Positions 15,861 to 24,998 of a DNA stretch of 33,417 nucleotides are shown one piece after another. The stretch spans positions 1 through 33,417 of IMG/VR virus record IMGVR_UViG_3300017992_000017. One strand, given 5' to 3'. The position numbers were made by a program, and so were the translations under genes. Below the pieces are notes generated by a model that saw only the letters and a list, made by a program, of their open reading frames with translations, did no database searches and was not told the DNA's origin. The DNA comes from a virus (lineage: Duplodnaviria; Heunggongvirae; Uroviricota; Caudoviricetes). Numbering within the stretch: position 1 is the stretch's first letter; each line of letters starts with the position of its first letter.

Positions 15861-18800
15861 ATGCTCCAGGCATCCGGCGTCAAGTTCAATATCACGGCCA
15901 ACGTCACCGCAACTCGTGGCATCACCCGGCTGAACAAGGTGATGCGCGAGTTGGTTGGCGTGGTGAACTCGGGTGGGAAGAACTGGGAGAAGTTTCTGGA
16001 TGCTGTGGGGCGGCTGGGTTCTGTTAGTGCTAGGGTCTCGAAGATTACGGAGAAGCAGGCCGGTTCGGTCCAGCGGTTGTCCAAGGCGACTCAGCAAGAG
16101 ACGAAGAGCGTTCAGCAGTCTTTGTCCGTTACGGAGAAACTGATTGGTGTGAAGCAGAGAGCGGCCAAGGCGGCAGATCAACTGGGGACCGCTGTCTACC
16201 GGGAAGCGACGGCCATACAGCAGAGCGTTCAATCAGCACAGAGTGCTATCAGCGTTCACGATCGTTTGACGGCATCAGCGAACAAGGCCGGTAAAGCGAT
16301 GCAGCGACTCGGTACGGGATCTGCATCTGGTCGTGCCGTAGTGACTTCAGGTGCTGCTGGTGATGTAAACAAGCGTTTGGCTGGGCAGAGGGTTGAGCCA
16401 CGGACTGACAAGATCAAAGCAGCTACTCAGGCGATGCACACCTATACCACGGCTGTCTACGCTGCTCAACACGCGGTTATGGCTTTGGGTGCTGCTTGGG
16501 CTACTTGGAAACTCGGTCATCTTATCAAGGAAACGACGCTCCTTGCCGGTCGTGTCGAGAACTTGCGTACGATCATGTACAACGTCGGCGTGAATGCCGG
16601 GTATACGCACTCCGAGTTGGACGTGTTGGAGGGGAAGATTCGGAAGCTGGGTATTACAACCAGGCACACACGGGAGGCTATGACGCTCCTGGCTCGAAAC
16701 AATCTGGACGTGGCCAAGGGTTTTCAACTGGCTCGTATCGCTCAGGACGCGGCGGTGATTGCAGGTGAAAACTCCTCGGAAGCGTACGAGAAGCTGGCCA
16801 TCGCGATCCAGCGACTCGACACCCGACTGCTCCGTAACCGAGGTATCTTGATCAACCTGCGGAACCTCTATCAACAGGTAGCCGTAGCAACCGGTCGTGT
16901 GGAGACGACTCTGACCGCAGCCGAGAAGCAGGAGATCCTCTTGAACGAGGTGATCCGAAAGGGTGTCCAGACGATGGGTACCTACGAGTCGGCCATGAAC
17001 GATGTGTTTAAGCAGTACACATCGTTGGTGCGGTATACGGAGGAGGCTGCTCGTGTTTTCGGCGAGCAGTTCTTGCCGGTCTTTGAGGTGGTTGTGAAGA
17101 CGATGACCGGGTTTTTCAAGTGGTTCTCGGCTGATGACCGGCATCGTGGGTGGCATCTCGCGGCAGCTGGCGCAGCGTCTTTTGTGGCTATCTTAGGCAC
17201 GCTGACGACGGTTGTCCTTGGCGCAAAGCTCGCCATGAGTGCGTACACGCTCGCCGTGCTCGCCTCAAAGGCGGCAATGGATGCTGCAAAGGTGTCTTAC
17301 CTGGCAATGACTGTTGCTATGGCCAAGAATCCTCTGACACTTGTTGTTCTGGCGTTAAGTGCGGTGGCGACGGGACTTGTCATGCTGGCAGCGAACGCCA
17401 GAAGTGCTAAGCAAGAGTTGGAGGACTTGAAGAGCGAGGCCGCCGAGACAGCCGTGTCTCTCCATGGGTTGCAGCGCGCGTATCGTCGTATGGATGAGTT
17501 GTCTGCAAAGGGAGATTCATCTCGGGAGTCGTTGTTGCGACAGAAGATGGCGCTGGAGGACCTGAAGGCTGTTGCGCGTGATACGGGGATTGAGATTTCG
17601 GATCTTGCGTCTGAAGAGGAAACACTACAGACCTTGCGTGAACAAGGTATTGGTATTGAACAAACATCTGCGGAGACGGCTGCGCAATACAATGACGCAG
17701 TTTCGCAGCAGCGGGTGGAAGTGAATAGACTTGCGAAGGAGATACAGGAACTTGGGAAGCAGGAACGGGCACAATACGCACAGTGGAGGACTGGCAGGGG
17801 GTCGTTTGGCGGATACAACCGTATGGACAGTTCGCAGATGCGGTCGCTCAAGGAACAGTGGCGACAATCGATGCGTGATCTTGCGGTGCTGGAGGACAAA
17901 CATACGGCCTATATGGAAGTAGCATCTGCTGAGCGGATCCGCATTACACAAAAGGCTCTTGACGAGCAGCATGTCGCGTATCAGCTGGCGCTTCGTGCTG
18001 AAAACGCATTGCATAGGGAACGGGCTAAGATGTTCAAGGACGAAGGTCTTGAGATTTTAGATACATTAGACGAATACGGGAAGAAGCTGCGTACTGTGTT
18101 TGTTAGCGAGGAACAGATCTTCCAACAGGCTGCCGATCGGTGGGAGACGCAACGAAAGAAGATCGCCGAGACATTCAAGGAGAAGCGTGATCAGGCAGCT
18201 AACGCTACGGAGCTCGCGGAGGTTGAAACGCAGGAGGCAGCAGCACTTCGTCAGATTCATGGGTTCATTCGGAGTGAGATGAGCCAGGAGTTGCGGGAGC
18301 GGATTAAGATCAAGAATGTTATGGAAGATAAATATGAGCTAGCGAAGTTACTTCGAGAAGAGCAAGAGCGGGAAGTTGGTTATCTCAAAGAGCGTTTGGA
18401 TTTGGAGGAGCAGGGCGTAGACTCAGATACTATTTCTGTGTTGCAGGAGCTGCGTAAGGAGCTCTTTCGACGACAACAAGCGATGGATGAGTACAATCGT
18501 CGGCTGGGTGTGGATACTAAGGAGACTGAACAGATTGAGCGTCGTCGACAGGAGATTCGTGCTGAGATTGCGGACTACGAGCAGCGTGCCAAGGCGATCG
18601 AAGACGCGGAGAAAAGTGCGAGTACCGACGCCGCTATTGAAGCTGCTGTGTCGCGTCGTATTGCGATAAACAAGGAGCGTGGTGCCGTTGAGGCATTACA
18701 GCAGGAGCTTGATCTTCTAAACGTGCAGTACGACGAGTCGTCCAAGACGCTTGCAGAGCGGATTGACATAGCGCGTCAGGCGGCTGCCGAGGATGAGAAG

Positions 18801-21341
18801 AATGCACTTCTACAGGCAAAGTTGAACGATCTCCTGTTCGAGCAGGAGGAGGCTGTCAAGAATCTGGATGTTGCGAAGAGGAAGAGCGCACAAGTGGTTC
18901 GAGAGATTCTCCGAGACTATGTTACCTGGGCCAAGGAGGCTGCAGAAGACCGGAAGGAATCGCATGAGGAGGCGATCGATGACCTCGTAGGTATCGAGGA
19001 CAAGCTGACACGGAAAACGTGGGAGGCTGCCAAAGAGCGAATCGAGGCCAGGAAGAAGGAGTACGAGTCGGTTCAGGACTTCATCCGGAAGATCCAGCTC
19101 GACCTGTTGGAAGGTGAGACTCCGGGAACCAAGGAGATCATGTCGCTGGCTGATTCGTTCATCGAGAACGTCAAGAAAGCCGGAGATGATGAGCAGCTGA
19201 ATCTCTTGGAGCAGATGTTCCCAAAGAAGATGCGGCAGATCGGCAAGGACTATTTCGAGACGCTTCGGGAGCTGCAGAATCAGATTGTGGAACAGCGTAG
19301 GAAGCTGGTGTCGAGTGGGGACGTGAAGGATGCTATCAAGCTCCGGGAAATGTACTTCGAGTATGTGCAACTGCGTGAGCGGGGTGTGCAACTCAATAAG
19401 CTGTCGCAGGAGCAGACGAAGCGACTGACCGAGGAGATTGCAACCCAACGCGGGCTGATGGGTGACCGCCAGCGCCAGGCCAAGGAAGACCAGGCACTGA
19501 TCGATGCTGAGGTGAAGAAGCGTAAGGAGACCGTGTCGCTGGAGAAGGAGCTGTACGAGGCATCGGTCGGGGTTGCCAACGAGGCTCAACGGTGGGCCAC
19601 GGCGGTGAAGGAAGGAACAGCGTCTCTAGAAGATGCTCTGGCTGCGATGGAGAAGTTGTCGGGGACCGCTAAAGACTGGGGCATGCGCCCTGATGGGACA
19701 CAAAAGGGCGACGGCTTTCTTGGTCCTCTACAACTGCCGGGCGGCGGCGTAGCGACGGAATACAGCATAGGCGTGGGATTTGACGGAAAGGAGATGGATA
19801 TACCGACACTGGTCCCGACGCTTACCGACAAGGAGTTGGAAGCGATGGTCAACGATATCATCCCCAACCAGAAGATGCCACCGGAGGCGATCATCCGAAA
19901 GGCTGTGGAACACGCAAGAGACAGGATGGCACAAGGGCTACCCGTATTTGCTGGGCCTGGGGCCGACAAGCCGGGAGGTGGGTTCTTTGGACCCCCAACA
20001 GCGAAGGGGCAGGGCGGCGGTGCCGTTGGTGACTATGCGTCATCGCTCTCTTTCTCTTCGCTGACCGTCCCTGGTATGGTCCAGACGGCGCGGCGTTGGC
20101 GTGAGAAGACAGTGGCACGAGATATGCAGGAAGGCCAAATCCGTCGCGCACAGTCGCGATTGGATGCGAGGAGGGCTGGCATACCCAAGTGGGCGTATGA
20201 TCAGTACTATCTTGGTCAGCAGCCTAGCTCGGTTGGTCAGCAGCCTAGCTCGGTGCCAAGTTCTGGGTCTAAGATTGGTGTTCCGTCTCGTCCGTCGTCT
20301 CTGGATGTAACCGACTCGTCCATGGTTTTGGACCGGCAGGAGATGCAGAAAGCGTGGAAGGCGTTCTCTGCTGCAGGCACCTCTGACGATCGCTCTGCGG
20401 CAGAGGACCGATTCCGGAAGCATGCTAGTTTTTATAAGAAGGGTCTAAAGAAGAAGACCAGTGCTGGTAATTACGCGTCTCTTACTGGTGGTATGAACCG
20501 TCTGTTTCAGGCGTCTCGTGACATGACTGAGAGCGGGCTTTCACGGGCCAAATCAGCAGGGCGTTCGGGGCTTGGAAAAGCCAATTGGCTTGCAAGGCAG
20601 GCTTTGGCTGGTGGCGATGTTGGGCCAACTCAGCCTCATGTCAGACAGACTCCTGTTTCTCTGTCCGCAAGAGAACAATATGCTCAGGAACTTCAGAAGC
20701 TACGTACCTGGTTTGGCGTACATAGATCGGCCCGCCGGGCGTCGTCCACCGCGAGATCCCAGGAGCTTCGCACGCGTTTCGGGAACCAGGCACAGCAGGT
20801 TCGGGATGAATCGTTCTTGCGGACCCTTGCTGTAGAGCGTGATCTGAAATCTCCCGTTGCCAACCGCAGCACGGCGTCCGTAGGTAAGTATGGCTCCATC
20901 AAACTCAACCAGACATCCTACATGAAGGAGAAGGAGCAACTGGCACTTCTTCGACAACAACGTCGGGATGGGGAAACCAAGAGACGCGAGGATCTGCGAG
21001 GCAAGCACCAAACAGATCTCGAGAAGCTACGTACCAAACACCTAAACGAGCAGCAAAACCGGAGAATCCAGTTCGCGAAGACCGGGATCCGAGGTCCGTT
21101 CCGAGGTGGGGGTGGACAGGGTCTTCTGAACGTAGATGCTCAACAAGGGCAGGCGAACCAGGCGAGAGAGGAGGCCGACACGCAGGTCCTGGGCGCACTG
21201 AGCAAGCTCAGAGAAGCACTTGGGGTGAGTATCGAGGGATCCAAGAAGACTGCCGAGGTGGCCAAGGAACAGAAGAACAAGACTGCGGAGGACTATGCCA
21301 AGGCACGCGACGTTCTCTCAACTATCATGGGGGCAGTATAG
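15861..21341 (+). CDS. Tape measure protein
   Basis: 1826 aa after the chaperones; TMP core (AQDAAVIAG...AIQRLDTRLLRNRGI), hydrophobic Ala/Leu segments and long coiled coils. Confidence 0.92.
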   Translation: MLQASGVKFNITANVTATRGITRLNKVMRELVGVVNSGGKNWEKFLDAVGRLGSVSARVSKITEKQAGSVQRLSKATQQETKSVQQSLSVTEKLIGVKQRAAKAADQLGTAVYREATAIQQSVQSAQSAISVHDRLTASANKAGKAMQRLGTGSASGRAVVTSGAAGDVNKRLAGQRVEPRTDKIKAATQAMHTYTTAVYAAQHAVMALGAAWATWKLGHLIKETTLLAGRVENLRTIMYNVGVNAGYTHSELDVLEGKIRKLGITTRHTREAMTLLARNNLDVAKGFQLARIAQDAAVIAGENSSEAYEKLAIAIQRLDTRLLRNRGILINLRNLYQQVAVATGRVETTLTAAEKQEILLNEVIRKGVQTMGTYESAMNDVFKQYTSLVRYTEEAARVFGEQFLPVFEVVVKTMTGFFKWFSADDRHRGWHLAAAGAASFVAILGTLTTVVLGAKLAMSAYTLAVLASKAAMDAAKVSYLAMTVAMAKNPLTLVVLALSAVATGLVMLAANARSAKQELEDLKSEAAETAVSLHGLQRAYRRMDELSAKGDSSRESLLRQKMALEDLKAVARDTGIEISDLASEEETLQTLREQGIGIEQTSAETAAQYNDAVSQQRVEVNRLAKEIQELGKQERAQYAQWRTGRGSFGGYNRMDSSQMRSLKEQWRQSMRDLAVLEDKHTAYMEVASAERIRITQKALDEQHVAYQLALRAENALHRERAKMFKDEGLEILDTLDEYGKKLRTVFVSEEQIFQQAADRWETQRKKIAETFKEKRDQAANATELAEVETQEAAALRQIHGFIRSEMSQELRERIKIKNVMEDKYELAKLLREEQEREVGYLKERLDLEEQGVDSDTISVLQELRKELFRRQQAMDEYNRRLGVDTKETEQIERRRQEIRAEIADYEQRAKAIEDAEKSASTDAAIEAAVSRRIAINKERGAVEALQQELDLLNVQYDESSKTLAERIDIARQAAAEDEKNALLQAKLNDLLFEQEEAVKNLDVAKRKSAQVVREILRDYVTWAKEAAEDRKESHEEAIDDLVGIEDKLTRKTWEAAKERIEARKKEYESVQDFIRKIQLDLLEGETPGTKEIMSLADSFIENVKKAGDDEQLNLLEQMFPKKMRQIGKDYFETLRELQNQIVEQRRKLVSSGDVKDAIKLREMYFEYVQLRERGVQLNKLSQEQTKRLTEEIATQRGLMGDRQRQAKEDQALIDAEVKKRKETVSLEKELYEASVGVANEAQRWATAVKEGTASLEDALAAMEKLSGTAKDWGMRPDGTQKGDGFLGPLQLPGGGVATEYSIGVGFDGKEMDIPTLVPTLTDKELEAMVNDIIPNQKMPPEAIIRKAVEHARDRMAQGLPVFAGPGADKPGGGFFGPPTAKGQGGGAVGDYASSLSFSSLTVPGMVQTARRWREKTVARDMQEGQIRRAQSRLDARRAGIPKWAYDQYYLGQQPSSVGQQPSSVPSSGSKIGVPSRPSSLDVTDSSMVLDRQEMQKAWKAFSAAGTSDDRSAAEDRFRKHASFYKKGLKKKTSAGNYASLTGGMNRLFQASRDMTESGLSRAKSAGRSGLGKANWLARQALAGGDVGPTQPHVRQTPVSLSAREQYAQELQKLRTWFGVHRSARRASSTARSQELRTRFGNQAQQVRDESFLRTLAVERDLKSPVANRSTASVGKYGSIKLNQTSYMKEKEQLALLRQQRRDGETKRREDLRGKHQTDLEKLRTKHLNEQQNRRIQFAKTGIRGPFRGGGGQGLLNVDAQQGQANQAREEADTQVLGALSKLREALGVSIEGSKKTAEVAKEQKNKTAEDYAKARDVLSTIMGAV
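20212..20253 (+). repeat. Perfect 21-bp tandem duplication in the TMP (GQQPSSV x2)
   Basis: ttggtcagcagcctagctcgg x2. Confidence 0.92.
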
Positions 21342-21773
21342 ATGACATTCTGTTCCACATACGGCTCGACGCATTTTACCTTGGTCTTCTCCGGGTCGAC
21401 TCTCGGAGATCACCTCGCGTCGTTTCGTAGCGTACCTCGCCGAGCGACCCAGGTTGAGGAGCGGCACAACCTCTGGGCAACCACTCCTATTCTCGACGGG
21501 AGCTATCCGGCTCTTGTCTGGGACCACGAGTTCTTGGTCTATCAGGAGGACAACTACCCGCTGAACTTCGCCGAGACCTACTTCAACCTGGCTGCTCACT
21601 TCACCAGCGCTCCCCAGTCTCTCATCGTCAAGTTGAAGACCGATACGGCGATTGCGTTCGGCGACTGTTACATGCGGGAGTTTACGCAGTCTGACCCGGA
21701 GCAGCTCCTTCTCTACGCGGCTGGTATTCTGCCAATCAAGTTCGTGGGTACACAGATCCCGAGCGTTTCATGA
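21342..21773 (+). CDS. Distal tail protein (Dit-like), putative
   Basis: Abuts the TMP stop; 143-aa beta-rich; positional assignment. Confidence 0.5.
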   Translation: MTFCSTYGSTHFTLVFSGSTLGDHLASFRSVPRRATQVEERHNLWATTPILDGSYPALVWDHEFLVYQEDNYPLNFAETYFNLAAHFTSAPQSLIVKLKTDTAIAFGDCYMREFTQSDPEQLLLYAAGILPIKFVGTQIPSVS

Positions 21774-23308
21774 CCCTGACCAACCCAGCACGAGCCGGTC
21801 AGCTTGTCGACTTCACGAACCAGAGTGAAGCCGTCCTGACCGTTGCGTCGACCCCCGTGGATCTCAGCAACTCGCTCCACCGACTTGATCAGCTTGACGT
21901 CTCCTATGATAACGGCAAGACGCTTACGTTCACTGAGGCCACATCGATCGGCGCACCTACCTGGAGTATCGACGACGATGTGACCCTGCAGATGGATCTC
22001 GACGGCAGTCTCAAAACCTACTTTCGTGGCAAGATCAGGAAGAGAAAGAGAGTCGGGAGAAACAACCAAGAGGCGATCCAGTACACCGTCTTCGGCATCC
22101 AGCGACTTGCGTCCGAGATCACGATGACCGACGCGATCGATCTTCCCCTGGTGACTTGGACAGCGGGTACGGACATTACCACCGTGGGTACGACTGCAAT
22201 CTATGGACAGTCCATCTCCGGTGCTTTGACGTACTGCTTCTCCACCAACGCCACGGATCTCGGCAGTATCGGGGTCACCACGTCGATCGGAACTCCCGGC
22301 CATGACGCGATTCTGGGGGTGCTGGACGGGGAGGTGGCGCTCCAGAACATGAACTTCTTGGCCGCGATTCAACAGCTGGTATCCTACGCTCCCAACTACC
22401 GAGTGTTCTTCGACGATCTCCAGAACGCGTGGGTCTTTCCCGATATCCTCGACCAACCCGTAGCTGAGATCGAACTGGCCGACGACAACCTGGTGATGTT
22501 CGAGTACGAGGAGGACGTGTCGAACAGGTACACGGCGATCGAGTTGACGGCACCGTGGGAGGGTGTGTATGTGATCCCGTACAAGGGATACGCGTTGTTG
22601 ACTCCGATGTGGGATACGGATCTTGAGGATGATTGGTGTTATCAGAAGATCGGACTGGCAAACCCCCAGAACCCGAACGGCAATTACTCCTGGGTCTATC
22701 GCCGTTGGACCATTCCCGACCTGGTGGAGGAGGCGAACAAGCACGCGCCGATGCAGGTGGTGGTACGTGCGCTCAGGGAAAACTCGAACAACTACATCCC
22801 GATCGACGCGAGGATCGATCTTGAGAACCGGGTGGCTGTGGCTGAATGTCCGATCGTGATGGAAGGGAACCCCTACGATCCGGGACATGCTACCGGTCCC
22901 CTGGAGGCGTATATCACATTCTACCGGACCGACACGGCACCTACGGGAGGGTGGCAGTCTCTCCGTGTCCCAACTTCCGGTTTCGAGGGGACTGCTTACA
23001 CGCTGCACGGACTGGAACGTACCAAGAAGGAAGTGGTGGACTTGATGGATCTGAACGAGTATTACGCTCAGACCCGACTCGACGTGATGAAGGACGTGAT
23101 TATCACAGGGGATCCGATCATTGAGGGAGATCCGATCCCCGAGCTCATCAATCTCCAGAAGAAGGTCCGAGCTACCCACGCGTCCAAGACAACCGGACTC
23201 GAATCGGTGGCTGCTGTCTATACCGGATACACCTACCAGTTCGGACGTCGTGGGGAGAACCAGCTGCAACTGACGACCGACTTGGCGAACCTGCTGAGGA
23301 TCAACTGA
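21770..23308 (+). CDS. Tail tip / baseplate hub protein, putative
   Basis: ATGA overlap; YFRGKIR, YTVFGIQRL and YRVFFDD...WVF patterns typical of hub proteins; second gene after the TMP. Confidence 0.6.
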   Translation: MTLTNPARAGQLVDFTNQSEAVLTVASTPVDLSNSLHRLDQLDVSYDNGKTLTFTEATSIGAPTWSIDDDVTLQMDLDGSLKTYFRGKIRKRKRVGRNNQEAIQYTVFGIQRLASEITMTDAIDLPLVTWTAGTDITTVGTTAIYGQSISGALTYCFSTNATDLGSIGVTTSIGTPGHDAILGVLDGEVALQNMNFLAAIQQLVSYAPNYRVFFDDLQNAWVFPDILDQPVAEIELADDNLVMFEYEEDVSNRYTAIELTAPWEGVYVIPYKGYALLTPMWDTDLEDDWCYQKIGLANPQNPNGNYSWVYRRWTIPDLVEEANKHAPMQVVVRALRENSNNYIPIDARIDLENRVAVAECPIVMEGNPYDPGHATGPLEAYITFYRTDTAPTGGWQSLRVPTSGFEGTAYTLHGLERTKKEVVDLMDLNEYYAQTRLDVMKDVIITGDPIIEGDPIPELINLQKKVRATHASKTTGLESVAAVYTGYTYQFGRRGENQLQLTTDLANLLRIN

Positions 23309-23853
23309 TGCCTGATGCGTTTCAACAGCATATTGTAGCTCAGCATCTGAAGAAGATCTTGGCCGAGCTCAGGACCTTGGCGAGTCGGGTTGAAGCACTG
23401 GAGCGTCGGCAGCGTAATCTCCTGGATCCCGACGTGCCGTTCATGGAGAGTCGGCAGGTGTTTTTTGCGTGCAGTGTTACCTCGTTGGATACGGTGAATA
23501 ATCGTTTCGTGGGTCGACCACAGCAAGCATCAAACCCCAGTTCTGATCCGTTTAGTGACGCAACTTCGGTAGGTGCGATCTGGGCGTATGTAGGGAACGG
23601 TGCTGCCATGCCAACGGTCGGCAACGATGTGCATGTTGACTTCGTGGGGACGCACGGCTCTTCGTTTACGCCGATCTACGGATACTTTGCTGGTGCGACA
23701 CAGACGGCGACTCTCACGGTCATCACAACGACCAGGATCAGCTCTCTTAGCTTTCAGATCAAGTCGCGTCCTATTGGGGTTACGTGGGCAGGGACCGAGT
23801 CGGCATGGACTACGTATCATACAGGTACGGCTTGTACTTCGATCGGGAGTTAG
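23308..23853 (+). CDS. Tail tip-associated hypothetical protein
   Basis: TGATG overlap; N-terminal coiled coil (ELRTLASRVEALER) then beta-rich. Confidence 0.6.
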   Translation: MPDAFQQHIVAQHLKKILAELRTLASRVEALERRQRNLLDPDVPFMESRQVFFACSVTSLDTVNNRFVGRPQQASNPSSDPFSDATSVGAIWAYVGNGAAMPTVGNDVHVDFVGTHGSSFTPIYGYFAGATQTATLTVITTTRISSLSFQIKSRPIGVTWAGTESAWTTYHTGTACTSIGS

Positions 23854-23855
23854 CG

Positions 23856-24548
23856 GTGGGTGTTCAGTTTCAGGGTGGGGTAGTTCAGTTCATAGAGTCG
23901 GGTGGCGGGACGATACCTCGCGTGTCTGTCGGGCCTGTCGGGGAGTCCTGCGCATGCTGTCCGGGCAGCGCAACGTGTCTCAACAACTGTATAGGCGACG
24001 TTGCCTCGCAAGAGTTTCTACTAACTCTGGCTGGTTGGTCCGGAGATGGTTGGTGTTTCTCCGGAGGTAGCTATAGTTGGTGGACGGATGAGTGCGATAA
24101 CTTTAATGGGTCTTGGGTAGCAACGCAGAACACGACAGTCTTAGATGACTGTGAGTGGGGAGACAGTCATCCGATGCGATGGTGTACCGACTGTTGGGAT
24201 GGCGAAGCTTCGGACGTGAGCGAGCACTACCCTCTTTGCTGCTGGGACTACACTGACCCAGATTGTGAGGACCCGTTGACATTCTGCCACCACTTCAATG
24301 TCATAGGCTTCGTGATCCGTCCTCACCCTACCAATCCTGATAATTACGTGAGGATTCAAGGTGGTCTCTCAACCTGGATCTACGCTATGGACAACAGGCA
24401 GTATTGTGCGTACGGATCGCAAGACCTGGCGAAGCCGGTTGATTGCACGGATATTGATGTTACCTTGACCTTGTCGTTTATGGCAGACTACTTCAAACAC
24501 ATTTGTAAAACATCAGGCCCCGTTACGCTTAGAATCCAATCGCTATGA
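23856..24548 (+). CDS. Cys-rich secreted/virion-type protein
   Basis: GGGAG at 23845-23849 before GTG 23856; 17 Cys counted, including CACC and LCC; rich in W and D. Confidence 0.62.
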   Translation: MGVQFQGGVVQFIESGGGTIPRVSVGPVGESCACCPGSATCLNNCIGDVASQEFLLTLAGWSGDGWCFSGGSYSWWTDECDNFNGSWVATQNTTVLDDCEWGDSHPMRWCTDCWDGEASDVSEHYPLCCWDYTDPDCEDPLTFCHHFNVIGFVIRPHPTNPDNYVRIQGGLSTWIYAMDNRQYCAYGSQDLAKPVDCTDIDVTLTLSFMADYFKHICKTSGPVTLRIQSL

Positions 24549-24883
24549 AATGCACCTTTACGAGTACAAAGGAAGGCTGGAGATGCACGGCGTGTGGTTG
24601 GCTTCTTCCGATTCCCGCAGCATCTCCTCCTACTCGACGATGCGATGTTGCTGGCAGTACGGTCGCGAGTGGCTCGACGCGAAGGTCTTTCGGCGCGCCG
24701 TTTGAGGAGGCTCTTGCCAGGATCCAAATTGCTCCGGATCGTGTCATCAAGTGGGTGGGACGTGCTCGGGGTTGTGGCGCAAGAAATTTTCGGCTCAGCG
24801 AGCTTGCTCAGTGGGCACGGGAATCTGCCTCCGAAACTCCCGAGACCTCCCGCCAACTCCTCGAAAAGATCCTCCAGTCCTAA
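24545..24883 (+). CDS. Small Cys-containing protein (CxxC zinc-ribbon-like N-terminus)
   Basis: ATGA overlap; KCTF...WRCTACGW...RRC; C-terminal EEALARIQIAPDRVIKWVG...GCGAR. Confidence 0.6.
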   Translation: MKCTFTSTKEGWRCTACGWLLPIPAASPPTRRCDVAGSTVASGSTRRSFGAPFEEALARIQIAPDRVIKWVGRARGCGARNFRLSELAQWARESASETPETSRQLLEKILQS

Positions 24884-24897
24884 TCCCACACCTCAGA

Positions 24898-24987
24898 GGG
24901 GATTTCCGGAAAATCCCAAAAAATCTTCCGGATAATCCCATTCTCGGCATATAATATACCTGAGGGAAGGTATCAGGGTATAGTTTC
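24898..24987 (+). promoter_or_regulatory. Regulatory region between the structural and replication modules (candidate promoter plus repeats)
   Basis: TATAAT at 24950-24955; direct repeats TTCCGGAWAATCCCA (24904-24918, 24926-24940); GGTATAGTTTC (24977-24987). No consensus -35. Confidence 0.5.
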
Positions 24988-24998
24988 TGAGGTGGCAC

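Noticed and set aside
21713-23269. 518-aa antisense ORF (also 15423-16232, 16347-17156, 18810-19589, 31163-31912 and many shorter ones)
   Set aside because: Shadow ORFs opposite well-supported plus-strand genes; expected from high-GC codon bias; no recognisable motifs or RBS.
24898-24923. GGGATTT/AAATCCC hairpin as an intrinsic terminator
   Set aside because: It is followed by an A-tract on the plus strand, so there is no downstream U-tract on either strand.
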